A DNA stretch of 64,000 nucleotides from Nitrosopumilaceae archaeon (lineage in GTDB: Archaea; Thermoproteota; Nitrososphaeria; Nitrososphaerales; Nitrosopumilaceae), in assembly GCA_965200155.1 (NCBI GenBank), contig CBDATR010000010.1, positions 1 through 64,000 of the forward strand. Direction: 5' to 3'. Every line of letters begins with the position of its first letter. Position 1 is the first letter of the stretch. The position numbers were made by a program, and so were the translations under genes. Below are positions 10,174 to 21,909 of this stretch, piece by piece. The notes under the pieces were generated by a model. That model saw only the letters and a list, made by a program, of their open reading frames with translations. It was not told the DNA's origin and searched no databases.

Positions 10174-13008
10174 TTGTATACGGAATCCACCGACAAGCCT
10201 ATCGCCCCATCCAACTGGGGCCGGTACATAAAAGTCGCGCTAATCGCCGGACTGGGCGTCCTGATATTTCTCCTGGCGGGGAATCAAGCTGTTCTTATAT
10301 TCATGAATGTGGTAGAGTTTGAGGAGCAGTTCACAAAACCGCTCTACTATTCCCTGGTATCCGCGTTAATCCTCTCCTCCATATCCCTCATAAGGATAAA
10401 CCCCGTTCGCCGTTCCTCCATGTTCTGGTATGTCATTAATACGGCAATCTCTTCTATGAGCCGGGCTCCCGGCGAGGCTAGGGCAATCCAGCGGTTCTCC
10501 GACTTTAGACTTACGCCGGTGCAGTTTAGTCTTTGGCAAATAACCAAAGTCCTGCTCTTTGGCGCATTCTTCACCAATGTAATGTTCGGCTTTGCCGCCA
10601 TATCATTCCTGGACGGGAACACGCTGGGGGTGGATCATTTACCGGGACTCTTCTCATTGCCCTTTGTTACCCCGCCCACGGATCCGTCATACGCGGAGAA
10701 TACCGTAATCCCCATGATACCAGCTTTGGTAATACTACTCTCCCCCATACTCTCTGCCATCGGGCTGCGGTTACTACTCTACATTGGGATGCACGGCATA
10801 CTGAGTATGGTTACCAGCTATGTTGCCGACTCGTCCGAGGGCAAGGCAAGATACCTAAATTATGCATCAACATTAGAGCTTATCCTGGGCGCCACCATTC
10901 TCTGGACTGCCTTTAACCTCTTCTTTACGGATAACATTGATTACAACACACGGTACGTTGTGGCCGGAGCACTCCTGATAGGCGTGGCAATGTTATCATT
11001 CTCCGTAATAGACAGGATACGCGCCAGAGTATTAACGCACATGCTTCGGCGGGACGTCCTGATACGTATTGGAACGATAGTGGCAATTCTTCTCATCGTA
11101 TTGGTCATTACTACGGTGAATAACAGCGTGGCGGACGCCCGAAAGATAGAGTACATTGGTCCATACACGGCGCAGGAGATTGGCGTGAATCGTTACCTGG
11201 GTGAGCTGGACAAGATACAGGAGAACATACACGAGGTGAATATATCGCCGGTATCGCCGAATAATATTGATCGCTACGTCATCGAGAACCAGGACGTTTT
11301 AGATGTAGTGCGGGTCTGGGACTGGGAAGCCGCATTTGCCAAGCTAAGACCGGAGATTGGACTTATACCATACGTCAGCTTTGAGGATAACGATATACTG
11401 CGGTTCAATGATACCCTGTACTGGACCGCCTCCATGACGCCCATTGTTCCAAGTACAGTGGATCCCAGCAACATTTGGTTTAACCAGCACTTGGTGTATA
11501 CTCATGTACCCAATGGCTTTCTGACTTTAGGGGCAACTGACGGGCAGATTGTCGATAGCGCCGAGTTCTTTGATCAGCGTCGAATATACTATGGCGAGGG
11601 CGGATTGTTCAGCGATACATGGTCCGGCTTTCCCGCGGGTGACGTATCAAGGGAGATAGACGGGGTCACATATGCCGGTACCGGCGGAATTGATGTAAGC
11701 CCGCCCATAAGTTACATCTTTGAGCCCAACTTTCTATTATCGTACCCCACCGACTCGGTTCACGTGAACCGCTACAAGGATGTACATGAGCGTATGGGCG
11801 AGCTGTACCCATACTTCCTTTACTCGTTGTTCGGCAGCAAGATAGACCTGTTGCCGGTAACTGACGGACAGAACACTTACTGGATGGTCCCTCTCATCAT
11901 AGGCTTTGACACCAGGGATGTACCCTGGTCACAGGGGCATCCGTACCTGAGACTGGTGGGATACGCACTAATTGACATTTATGATGGCGATATATCGTTA
12001 CTCAAGACCGGTGATGACTTTTTCACTGAGATGTTCGTATCACAGTATCACGAAAAGTTTGAGCCCATGCCGGTATGGTTGGAGAACCAGATAAGATATC
12101 CTGTAGAGCTGTTCAACTGGAAGACAGAGATGTATAACAGCTATCACGTTACCAACGTGGAGACCTTCATACAAGCCAATCAGTTCTATGAGATACCCAG
12201 TGGATTAGACACGTATTACATACAGGCAAAGCCTCCGGGCTTTGAGAGTACGGAGTTTCTGGGATTGTTATCACTGGAGCTGCGGGGGTCCCAGGGTCGT
12301 AACCTGGCCGGTTACATGATTGTAGAGAACGATCTACCGAATCTGGGCAAGATGCAGTTCTATGAGGTACCCCTGAACTCCACTACAAAACTGATAGGGC
12401 CCACGGCGGTGAATGAGGCGCTGGACAGGGATCCCGAGTTTGCCCAGTTGAATACCTTATTGCGGAACCCACGGGTGGGTGATAACATACTGTATCGTGT
12501 GGGTGCGCAGGATGTCTACTTTATACCGGTATATACTGCTGGGGCCGGGGGAGTCGTGGCACAGCTGGGTACTGTGGCCGCGGTGGGTGCCTCATTCACG
12601 GGCGAGTATTATGTGGGGTTGGGGCAGACCCAGGAAGAGGCGTTTGAAGCATATCTGCAAAAGTTGTCGGGAGTGGAGCCGGCCGCGGTAAATGGCGGCG
12701 ATGTCCTGGAAATGACAAGGGACGATCGTGTCAATGCCGTTTATGAGGCATTGGAAGATGTGGAGATAGTGGAGCCAACAGCAATACAGTTCCCCCTGAC
12801 ATTCCAGGCGAATGAGGTATTCTTCTATACATCCGCGGATCTTGACGATGTTACTGACGCCATTGACTCGTTCATGGATGATTATGTTGTTCCAAGGACT
12901 GACCGCGTCTTTGTGTGGACAGAGGGTACTGCAATAAGTATAGGAACGGTTCTGGTGCGGGACGGCATATCGGAACTGCACTATATTGTTGTAGAGGTCG
13001 GAAGTTGA
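10174..13008 (+). CDS. UPF0182 family membrane protein
   Basis: Multi-TM N-terminus; VRVWD, HLVYTH, RIYYGE and RYP motifs. Confidence 0.9.
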   Translation: MYTESTDKPIAPSNWGRYIKVALIAGLGVLIFLLAGNQAVLIFMNVVEFEEQFTKPLYYSLVSALILSSISLIRINPVRRSSMFWYVINTAISSMSRAPGEARAIQRFSDFRLTPVQFSLWQITKVLLFGAFFTNVMFGFAAISFLDGNTLGVDHLPGLFSLPFVTPPTDPSYAENTVIPMIPALVILLSPILSAIGLRLLLYIGMHGILSMVTSYVADSSEGKARYLNYASTLELILGATILWTAFNLFFTDNIDYNTRYVVAGALLIGVAMLSFSVIDRIRARVLTHMLRRDVLIRIGTIVAILLIVLVITTVNNSVADARKIEYIGPYTAQEIGVNRYLGELDKIQENIHEVNISPVSPNNIDRYVIENQDVLDVVRVWDWEAAFAKLRPEIGLIPYVSFEDNDILRFNDTLYWTASMTPIVPSTVDPSNIWFNQHLVYTHVPNGFLTLGATDGQIVDSAEFFDQRRIYYGEGGLFSDTWSGFPAGDVSREIDGVTYAGTGGIDVSPPISYIFEPNFLLSYPTDSVHVNRYKDVHERMGELYPYFLYSLFGSKIDLLPVTDGQNTYWMVPLIIGFDTRDVPWSQGHPYLRLVGYALIDIYDGDISLLKTGDDFFTEMFVSQYHEKFEPMPVWLENQIRYPVELFNWKTEMYNSYHVTNVETFIQANQFYEIPSGLDTYYIQAKPPGFESTEFLGLLSLELRGSQGRNLAGYMIVENDLPNLGKMQFYEVPLNSTTKLIGPTAVNEALDRDPEFAQLNTLLRNPRVGDNILYRVGAQDVYFIPVYTAGAGGVVAQLGTVAAVGASFTGEYYVGLGQTQEEAFEAYLQKLSGVEPAAVNGGDVLEMTRDDRVNAVYEALEDVEIVEPTAIQFPLTFQANEVFFYTSADLDDVTDAIDSFMDDYVVPRTDRVFVWTEGTAISIGTVLVRDGISELHYIVVEVGS

Positions 13009-13562
13009 CCATACTTGTGGTGAATAATGACTCTTCATACACGCATAGAATAGTAAAATGCATGGATGAATGCCATTCACTACATGAGATACGACCGTAC
13101 TATGAGTTGAATGAGAATGAGATAGGGCGATACTCCAGTTACATACTGACGGGGCGGCGCGCCAATAATGTCATAATGAACGCTGTAAACTCAAAGGTAG
13201 TACGCCATGCCGTGTCAGATAAAAAGCCGATGCTGGGCATCTGTTACGGGGCCCAGATACTGGCGCTCACCCTTGGGGGGACCATAAGAAAGATGCAGAA
13301 TCGTGTATCCGGAATTCATAGAGTTAGTATGGAGTCGAATGATTCAATATTTGGCTCTGGTACATTACATGTTTACCAGAGTCATTCATACGTGATAGGG
13401 CGGCTGCCTGAACCACTGCATGGTGTGGGTAGCTCAGAGACCTGCCGGTATGAAGTCGTGAAACATTATTCTAGTATGATATACGGGACGCAGTTTCACC
13501 CTGAAATGAGTGATGACGGGATTGATGCGCTTGGGCGTTTTCTGAATTGTGTAGCGGCGTAA
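13005..13562 (+). CDS. class I glutamine amidotransferase (GMP synthase subunit A-like)
   Basis: PMLGICYGAQ and QFHPE motifs; TTG start overlapping the upstream stop is assumed. Confidence 0.85.
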   Translation: MTILVVNNDSSYTHRIVKCMDECHSLHEIRPYYELNENEIGRYSSYILTGRRANNVIMNAVNSKVVRHAVSDKKPMLGICYGAQILALTLGGTIRKMQNRVSGIHRVSMESNDSIFGSGTLHVYQSHSYVIGRLPEPLHGVGSSETCRYEVVKHYSSMIYGTQFHPEMSDDGIDALGRFLNCVAA

Positions 13563-13568
13563 CTGTTT

Positions 13569-13654
13569 GTATGAGTTCACGTCTTCAACCACGTGCACAA
13601 ATCATCTAACCGCGGCGATCAGTCATGCATGAATTTAGACAGACGAACTCATGC
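13569..13654 (+). mobile_element. degenerate MITE family 1
   Basis: GTATGAGTTCACGTCTTC...GAACTCATGC with diverged interior. Confidence 0.75.
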
Positions 13655-14881
13655 AATTTATTATTTCAAAAACGTGGACAAATACACAAGATTTAGTCTC
13701 TGTGGCACATGTGAAAGAGATACCTGAACGGTTACAGGGTGACCTGAACGGTTACGGTAGACGCGGCGGCAACGTAGGACACGGCATGGGGAATCTGTGT
13801 TCAGTCAAAGTCAGTTGTGCAACAAACTTCCTAAACGGTTCCCTTTAATACGGTTAGAATTGAAAAACGTGGGAGTATGGTGCGTGGAGAGTAACGCAAA
13901 ATGATCTATACTCCTACCTCGAACGTTTCAGTGACGACTAGTTTAAGGTCATATGGAGTGTTATAATGATGAAATTTTGGAAGAACTACCAACCGGTAAT
14001 GCTCGCAGGCTATGATAGAGATACAAACAGGGTGCTAGACGGCATAAGGACAGACTTGGATATGGTCCTCAAGTATATAAAAACGGGAAGGCCGCATACC
14101 AAGGATACGCGTGCATACACGGTCCAGTGAGGCACCTCTCACGTATTCAATGTGGTAAGGGCGTGTGCGGTGCAGGCATATTTAGCCACGCCCACCTACA
14201 TTGGCGCTGTAATGTATGAAAAGTCGGTCCGCTAGTCATTGGCATCCCGCTCCATCCATTTTGCATCATTTACCCTAATTGTCTGGATCGCCTTTTTATT
14301 CCTGAAGCGGCGTTTCGCCGTTATCTATCCAGTGAGAAGTGCAATCTTCTCTCATTGTAGTAGTCAACATAATCCCGGAGACTGTCATAATGCCATATCT
14401 CGTCCTCAATCGTTCTATGGAAGCGCTCCAGTTTGCCATTTGTCTGCGGGTGGCATGGTCTGGAACTGATTAGTATGATGTATTGATCCAGCAGTTCTTC
14501 CTAGAATAGCGTGGGTTTCCAGTTCTTTTTGCCCTTTTACTGTCCTACGAAACACGCGCCGTTATCCAAGATGCAGGGGCGCCGAATCGTTTCATTGCCA
14601 GTCTCAGTAATAGAGCGACGTTCTCTGAGGTTGCATGCTCAAATAGTGCCGCTCCGACTATACACCTGGATGCATCAACTATGAGATTCAGTCCCCTGAA
14701 TCGCTCATCTTTCATTACATGCCAGTACCACATTGCATTGGAATATTTACGCTCATAGTGTACCCACTCTGACTTTACATGTGATGATCCTGCCGTGCCG
14801 TTCTTTTTCATTATGCGATATACTGCGCGATATATCATGTCTAAGCCTCTTTGCAATACGTACTACTCCAGCGGGATCCTT

Positions 14882-16568
14882 GTATGAGTTCACGTGTTTT
14901 GATCACATAATAAGATAGAATGCATCCCAGTTTTTTTAATTATAACTGCATTCTGACAGCAACCTCGTTCATAACAGAAAGGCCCTGAGCCCTCCATGTC
15001 TGAACACATGATACGAATGTGGACATGCGGCGCATTGCCCTTTCGCCACCCTTTATCTGGCCACTAATCTTGCGGAATACCACTGCGTATCGCAAAGCCT
15101 GCTCCGCTGGATTGTTGGTGGGCTCTACACTGTCATATTCTAAGAATACGAACATGCCTGGTATGGCCTTATTCAATCCTTTTACCTTCTTTTGTAGTTC
15201 AGTATCATCAACATCACAGTACTGATGCATCTGCTCCTGTCTCAAATGAGTGTCGTAATTGCGCGGACGGCCCGCAGTGATTCAGGGATTCCCGTGCGCT
15301 CCGGAACAATCCTTTCAGGTCGTTGTCAAGTTTGATCCGGGCGTCCTGAGCACCGGGATCAATATAGAATCCTGCATGTAATGCCTGGGTATCGCGCAAT
15401 AAATGCGCCCAACACAACTGGTGCTTCCCACCGTCATCAAACCGGCGGTACACAACGTACCTGTCCGTTACTATCGCTCCCTGGTAACCGTTCAGGTATT
15501 TGTTCACTACATTTGAACTCCTACTTTTGTCATATATGGACATCATCCACTCTTCGGCTCGCATCCCCCATACCCAGCCACGCCTACCCGCCAGTGATAT
15601 ACCAGTTTCGTCCACATGAATGCTGGGTGATTTTATTATATTCTCATGAATTGTTTCCATAAATGATTCACATGCATCGGCGGCCCTGGCAATTATGTTG
15701 TTTACTGCACCCACCGATATATTTAGGCCGAAGAGATCCCTCGAAATTACAGGTATGCGTTTTATTGGAATCTTTTCTGCGCGTAATGCGGTGATGGCAC
15801 CACATAATTGAACCCCAAAACTACCACTCTTTGGGACGCCCGCTGCTGGGGCCAGTTGTTTTTTGCCGCACCCACACGCAGCCATTTCTATCACATGAAG
15901 GGTCTCCTCTATTTTGGCTGGTATTAATTCCGTTATGTGTCGTTGTTTCCAACCAATTTTTGTCATCATATTGCCGCACTCACATATTGGTGTGTACTCA
16001 AAGGTGTGATGCACTACTCTGCCGGGGTTGTGGGAACGGGAAACCCCCTTGTGTCCCTTTTGCGCGCCAGCCTTTTTGGCTGATTTCGTACTGGCTTCTG
16101 TCTGTTGCTTATTATCTCCCTGTTTTCGCTTCTGTTCCTCCTGTTTTCGCTTCTTGTACTGGAGGGATTGAAGGGATGGTGGCGAGTGAGCATTCTCATA
16201 ATATTTAAGTCGCGTTGTGAGTACCGCAATTTTCCTGTCTTTTTCTACTAATTCCTCTTTTAATTCACTTACATAATTTCTAATAATTTGGAAATCTTGT
16301 ATATGATTTCGTATTTCTTTTATGGTGTGTGACATATATGCTTCCAATACTCTCACACGTTCCTTGTAATGTGCAAGATCTTTCTTGTAATCCTCAATAT
16401 CTTTCTTGATAGACGCAAGGGTATCCTGAAGAAGTTTATTTTCCAGTTCCAATTCCTTATAGGACCGGCGTCTTCTCATTAGATTCTTATTGCAAATTTG
16501 GTATTTAAGTAAAATATTGCCATACCAATCTATATCTTAGTGAATGATCAAAACACGTGAACTCATAC
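14882..16568 (-). mobile_element. IS66-family element, 1687 bp
   Basis: 24-bp TIRs, 8-bp TSD GGATCCTT. Confidence 0.97.
14940..16479 (-). pseudogene. tnpC: IS66 transposase TnpC split by one frameshift (ORFs 15214-16479 and 14940-15245)
   Basis: Coiled coil, GAQKGHKG, CxCG, DETG, QLCWAHLLR and PTNNPAEQALR motifs. Confidence 0.9.
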
Positions 16569-16869
16569 GGATCCTTGCTGCATGCTTCAGTCACCATTCG
16601 TATCTGGGTGGCGGTGATTGGCATCATAGGTCTGCCCATCTTTACTCGAGTCGTTCCCGTTCTCTGGTTCATAATTTTCGTACGTGTCTCGTTTCAGGTC
16701 TTGAGCTATTTTGGTGGCGGTAACACCTCTTGTCTTGATTCCTCTGTTATTCTCTTTACCATCTGGCTTGTGTAACTTGAACTACTGTACGCCGGATCCT
16801 AAGCGGACTTACTTTTCGTACTATTGAATCGGGTCATTATACAACTGCCAATTAAAACATGAGTGGTGA

Positions 16870-17265
16870 ATGGATATTACTGTTCAAGATGAGGCGCCAA
16901 TAGTGTCAACTGTTATGGGCATAGTGTGGGACGCCGCCGATATAGGATGCAAGAACATTGAGAATAACATACATGTTACTGTGCAGGGTGAACAAAAAAT
17001 CCAATCACTCGCGGACACAGAACAGTTCAATCGTGATGCCATTAAAGATATACTTGCAGTATTGCCTCCAGAAAGGGCCGCGATTGTGATAAGCGTGCTT
17101 GCTGATATGAGCAAACTAACAGCACAAACATTGAACGCCGGTATGAGTTCACGTCTTCCGGAATCTTATGCATAAATCACATTAACTGTCGCGATCAGTT
17201 ATGCGTAAATTTAGACACAGGTGAACTCATACGAACGCCGAGGATCAGTTAGAAAAAAATACGTG
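16870..17265 (+). pseudogene. hypothetical gene interrupted by a MITE
   Basis: ORF 16870 reads into the MITE at 17141; 3' end approximate. Confidence 0.4.
17141..17232 (+). mobile_element. 92-bp MITE family 1
   Basis: TSD GAACGCCG. Confidence 0.95.
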
Positions 17266-17328
17266 ATAATCTTCACAATGCCTTGAATGGTGTTAGTGCC
17301 TTGAGTTTGTTACAACATTTGACTATGG

Positions 17329-17520
17329 ATGGATCTTGAGCGAAAGTTAGGGATTGATGTACCGGTTAACCCGCCCAAAATAATACATATCGGCAATGAC
17401 TCCTTTACGGTAGACCTGAATGCGATGGAGCCGGACAGCCCTTGTATAGTGGAATTGCCTGACTTCCGTTACGTGGTGTGGAAGGATCAGGATGATTCCA
17501 TGGTCATGGTGGATGTCTAG
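17329..17520 (+). CDS. small hypothetical protein
   Basis: 63-aa ORF with protein-like composition. Confidence 0.4.
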   Translation: MDLERKLGIDVPVNPPKIIHIGNDSFTVDLNAMEPDSPCIVELPDFRYVVWKDQDDSMVMVDV

Positions 17521-17634
17521 CGTTTGATAAATTGTATACGATTGCGGGCAAGACGCGGACTCATACTCCTGATTCTGCCTGAACGGTTACAGACTATGAT
17601 AGTGATTAAATTGTCCATATGACTGACTTGTTCG

Positions 17635-18561
17635 GTGGATTGCATACTGGCACAGGGTCTCACCAAGACCTATGGCAATACTGTTGCGGTGAACAATATT
17701 GATCTGGGCGTGAAACGCGGTTCTGCCTTTGGATTTTTGGGACTAAATGGCGCGGGTAAGTCTACTACCATAAAGATGCTGACCACCCTTGTAAAACCAA
17801 CTGACGGCTCCATTAACATACTGGGTATTGATGCGCTGAAAAATCCGCTACAAGTAAGAAAAAGAATCGGGGTAGTACAGCAGCAGCACTGCTATGAGCC
17901 AACCCTTAGTGTGGAGCAGTCATTACTCAAGTATGGCATGATGTGGGATGTGGCACGGGATAGGAGGCAGCGGCTCGCCCAGTCACTGATAGAAGAGTTT
18001 GGATTAAATGATTTCCGCAAAAAGCGTAACGAGGACTTGTCAATAGGGCAGCGCCGGCGGGTACAGGTGGCAAGGGAATTCATGCATGATATGGACTTGT
18101 TATTCCTGGATGAGCCTACAGTAGGACTGGATCCCGATGCCCGCCACGAACTGCTGGATTACCTGAAACGGCGGGTAAAGGCAGGACTTACCATATTTTA
18201 CACATCTCACGTACTAAGTGAGGTAGAGTATCTATGTGATGAAGTGGCCATAATACGACAGGGACGTATAATACGCAGCGGCACGCCACAGGAGCTAAAG
18301 CGTTACGGGCATCAAAGGACTATTGCCGTAACCACTCATGGCGACCCCCGCAAGGTAAAGACGATATTGTATGGTGTGCAGGGGTGCAGTGTTGCAGAGG
18401 ATACCGGCGAGATAATGATACGGGCTGGCAGCCCCGATGTAGTACTGTATGAGGTGCTGGGTCGCCTGACCGGCGAAAACATTAGAACCCGAGATATTTA
18501 CGCCGCAGAAGCAACGCTGGAGGACGTATTCCTGGAGACCGTGCATGAATCCGATAATTAG
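17635..18561 (+). CDS. ABC transporter ATP-binding protein (DrrA-like)
   Basis: GLNGAGKS, LSIGQ and LFLDEPT motifs. Confidence 0.95.
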   Translation: MDCILAQGLTKTYGNTVAVNNIDLGVKRGSAFGFLGLNGAGKSTTIKMLTTLVKPTDGSINILGIDALKNPLQVRKRIGVVQQQHCYEPTLSVEQSLLKYGMMWDVARDRRQRLAQSLIEEFGLNDFRKKRNEDLSIGQRRRVQVAREFMHDMDLLFLDEPTVGLDPDARHELLDYLKRRVKAGLTIFYTSHVLSEVEYLCDEVAIIRQGRIIRSGTPQELKRYGHQRTIAVTTHGDPRKVKTILYGVQGCSVAEDTGEIMIRAGSPDVVLYEVLGRLTGENIRTRDIYAAEATLEDVFLETVHESDN

Positions 18562-19306
18562 GCTGATTGACAGAAATCTTACCGTATCACTGAATCCCGG
18601 GTTCCTGATATGGCAGATACTTTTCCCGCTGATATACATATTCGTGGTGGGATACGCGTATACCGGACTGATACCCAGCGTGCCATTACTGGGCCAGGAG
18701 GTGACTTATCCTGCATATCTGGCTACGGGCATGATTGGCTTTAACATAATGAATAGTACGCTGGTCTCCGGTTTGATAATATGGAATGATCGCCGGCACG
18801 GCATGTTCGAGCAGATAATGTCCGGCCCATATACCCGTACGCATTATATCTTGGCCAACATATGTACCATTGGGATAGTGGGATTGGCAAGTGCCGGCCT
18901 CATTTGTGCCGTGGGCCTTCCCATATTCCTGGAGTATGCGGATATATCATATGCTACATTGCCTTTGGTGATATTTGCCGCAGTAGTTGGCTCGGCCCTC
19001 TTTGGGTCGCTGGCGTCCATAATATCCGCGCGATTCAAGTCCAGCGAGGGATTCAATGTGGTGATAAATACCACTTTTATATTCCTGGCTTTTGCAAGTA
19101 CCGCCTTTTATCCCGCGCAGGGGGCGCCCGGCGTACTTGGGGCAGCCTTTTACTTTAACCCCCTTACCTATGTGGTGGATATAATACGCGCTGGCATATT
19201 TGGTGTCATGGATACTACCGTAATAATGGAGATGGCTCTGCTGGGCGGTATTGCCATAGCATTATTCGCTGTGGCTGCAAGAACCATGTCCCGACTGGAT
19301 TTTTAG
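18545..19306 (+). CDS. ABC-2 type permease
   Basis: Six TM segments, FNPLTY motif, coupled to the ATPase gene. Confidence 0.9.
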   Translation: MNPIIRLIDRNLTVSLNPGFLIWQILFPLIYIFVVGYAYTGLIPSVPLLGQEVTYPAYLATGMIGFNIMNSTLVSGLIIWNDRRHGMFEQIMSGPYTRTHYILANICTIGIVGLASAGLICAVGLPIFLEYADISYATLPLVIFAAVVGSALFGSLASIISARFKSSEGFNVVINTTFIFLAFASTAFYPAQGAPGVLGAAFYFNPLTYVVDIIRAGIFGVMDTTVIMEMALLGGIAIALFAVAARTMSRLDF

Positions 19307-19404
19307 CGAACAGGGGGAGATTGTATTTTTCCCGGGCAAGGATAGAACCATTCTGCCGGTACTGACGATTTTGAATTGATGGCAAGTGCTACTTGTCGTG
19401 ATAA

Positions 19405-19477
19405 TAGCCCGGCCCAGATTCGAACTGGGGTCAAGGGCTCCAAAGGCCCCTATGCTTAACCGCTACACTACCGGGCT
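19405..19477 (-). tRNA. tRNA-Gln(TTG)
   Basis: Cloverleaf AGCCCGG...CCGGGCTA, anticodon loop CTTTGGA, T loop GTTCGAATC. Confidence 0.95.
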
Positions 19478-19547
19478 ATGGTAATATTTATCGATGTATG
19501 GCAATATGACACTTTCTAGAGAATGTAACAGGCGCCAAATGCTTCTG

Positions 19548-20627
19548 TCATATGAGTGGTGTAGCCTTTATTATTATGGTGTCTTCCTGGCCGGTCAAGT
19601 TATCGTAATCCTGTCTGGTGCAGGCCAGAACTATTGCAGTCTTGCCCGATGAGCCTATGCTTTGTCCGTCATACTCTCCCACTTTGCCAGCATAATTCTG
19701 TATCATGCCCAGTAATGTGTTGCGGGTCTCTATCTTGTCGCCGCGCATACTGTGCTGGTCTATACTCCATGCTACCAGTATGTTGGTATTGACCATGCTC
19801 ATGCCGTTCTGCCTAACTGTGGTCCTTACCTTGTCGGTGAGCCGCTTTAGAAACTTGTTTATGCTCTTTGTTATGTTGTTGGTCAGGAATTGCAGTGTGT
19901 ACACACTGGCATGGGAGTGATTTATCTGGTACATGTCATACAGACCGTCAATCATATCGTCAATGAATGTGTCATTTCTTGGGTCCACTGCCATGTCGTC
20001 CTTGTCGGTAGCATATCTGCACACCTCCAGTATTCCCAGTAATGATGAAAACTTGGAGAGTACGCGCAAGGCGTGAATTCGCTCTGCCGCATGTATGCTG
20101 ACAAAGTTTTTGTTATCACCGGGCAGTATGGTACTGATGTCAGTGTTGGTCTTGTATAACGAGCCAATTACGTCCTGTTGTGATATGCCTTCCAGGGGGT
20201 AATAGTAATAGTTCATGCCATTATGGTCTGTGCCAGTTACGTGTCTTAGCAGAGATATGTATTGGGCATTTCCGTCCAGGCCCATTGGCAGGTTGCATAT
20301 GAAGGAGCTATCTGGTTTCATGTGTCTGGCAACATCTCTAATACCAGCCTGTATCTGGACATTGGCATTAACGCCGCTCTGGCGTATGCGGGGTGCAAAG
20401 AAGACGTACCTTGCATGCGATATTGCCTCCCTTAATGATATGACGCTCATTAGCGGCTCGTCCTCCATTAGTATGGTGACACTAGCGTACATGTTTGCCA
20501 TTTCCGGCTTTAGCAGTATGGCCAGATTGTTTATCTCATCAATGATATATGTCTCTGCGTATCGGCACATACGAGACGCCAAGGTGTACCCTTCCGTACT
20601 CATGCCATATACCACGGCACGATCCAT
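19548..20627 (-). CDS. divergent nucleotide-sugar dehydrogenase-like protein
   Basis: N-terminal Rossmann-like VVYGMSTEG; catalytic motifs not evident. Confidence 0.6.
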   Translation of the reverse strand: MDRAVVYGMSTEGYTLASRMCRYAETYIIDEINNLAILLKPEMANMYASVTILMEDEPLMSVISLREAISHARYVFFAPRIRQSGVNANVQIQAGIRDVARHMKPDSSFICNLPMGLDGNAQYISLLRHVTGTDHNGMNYYYYPLEGISQQDVIGSLYKTNTDISTILPGDNKNFVSIHAAERIHALRVLSKFSSLLGILEVCRYATDKDDMAVDPRNDTFIDDMIDGLYDMYQINHSHASVYTLQFLTNNITKSINKFLKRLTDKVRTTVRQNGMSMVNTNILVAWSIDQHSMRGDKIETRNTLLGMIQNYAGKVGEYDGQSIGSSGKTAIVLACTRQDYDNLTGQEDTIIIKATPLI

Positions 20628-20680
20628 GGTTACATTTGGTTGCGATGTGTCAAAAAACTTTTGTGTTGCAGAATTGCATG

Positions 20681-21595
20681 TGTAATGTATGAAAAGTCGG
20701 TCCGCTAGTCATTGGCATCCCGCTCCATCCATTTTGCATCATTTGCCCTAATTGTCTGGGTCGCCTTTTTATTCCTGAAGCGGTGTTTCGCCGTTATCCA
20801 TATCCAGTGAGAAGTGCAACCTTCTCTCATTGTAGTAGTCCACATAATCCCGGAGACTGTCATATCTTGTCCTCAATCATTCCATGGAAGCGCTCCAGTT
20901 TGCCATTTGTCTGCGGGTGGTATGGTCTGGAATTGATTAGTATGATTTCTTGATCCAGCAGTTCTTCCTAGAATAGTGGGTTTCCAGTTCTTTTTGCCCT
21001 TTTATTGTCCTACGAAACACGCGCCGTTATCCGAGATACAGGGGCGCCGAATCGTTTCATTGCCAGTCTCAGTAGAGCGGCGTTCTCTGAGGTTACATGC
21101 TCAAATAGTGCCGCTCCGACTATACACCTGGATGCATCATCTATGAGATTCAGTCCCTTGAAGCGCTCATCTTTCATGACATGCCAGTCTACGTGCCACA
21201 TTGGAATATTTACACTCATAGTGTACCCACTCTGACTTTACATGTGATGAGACTGTCGTGCCGTTCTTTTTCATTATGCGATATACTGCGCGATATATCA
21301 TGTCTAAGTCTCTTTGCAATACGTACTACTCCGGCGGGATCCTTGTGATATGCTTCAGTTACCATTCGTATTTTGGTGGCGGTGATTGGTATCATGGACC
21401 TGCCTATCTTTACTCGTGTAGTTCCCGTTCTCTGGCTCACAATCTTCGTACGTGTCTTGTTTCAGGTCTTGAGATATGTTGGTTGTGGGAACACCTCTTG
21501 CCTTGATTCCTCTGTTATTCTCTTTACCATATGGCTTGTGCAATCTGAACTACTGTACGCTGGATCCTAAGCAGACTTACTTTTTGTACTATTGA
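20681..21595 (-). mobile_element. IS481-family defective element
   Basis: Same ends and frameshifted transposase as the other copies. Confidence 0.85.
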
Positions 21596-21599
21596 GCAT

Positions 21600-21715
21600 A
21601 ACTGACTTTGGCAGAATGCAGGTTCCCCATGTAGTGATCTAATTTTCTACGTTGCCACCGCTTCCACCCACTCGTTGTACTCGCATGTTATCCCATTTCT
21701 GCACCAGTAATACTG
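21600..21715. repeat. terminal fragment of the IS5-like remnant (also at about 13760-13830 and 61970-62080)
   Basis: Shares AACTGACTTTG...CTACGTTGC with both sites, and CCACCCACTCGTTGTA with the 62 kb copy. Confidence 0.65.
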
Positions 21716-21718
21716 TCG

Positions 21719-21860
21719 GTAACCGTTTAGGTCGCGTTAAAGATCAACACCTAGACGATAAATTCATGGCCATGTGTGAGGCAACATGATAGAAAAAGCA
21801 AGAACGGACATGTATGTGGTGCGTTTTGAACAGTTGCCCAGGGGTGACCTAAACGGTTAC
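21719..21860. mobile_element. MITE family 2 (GTAACCGTTTAGGTC TIR)
   Basis: 15-bp perfect TIR; interior homologous to 35807-36036. Confidence 0.85.
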
Positions 21861-21909
21861 AACACAAACCCGCAAATCCCTTAATATGGTGTCATAATTC
21901 CTGCCAACA

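Larger units (their letters stand above)
14208..16827 (-). mobile_element. IS481-family defective element interrupted by IS66
   Basis: Homologous to 5248-6175 on both sides of the IS66 insertion. Confidence 0.85.
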
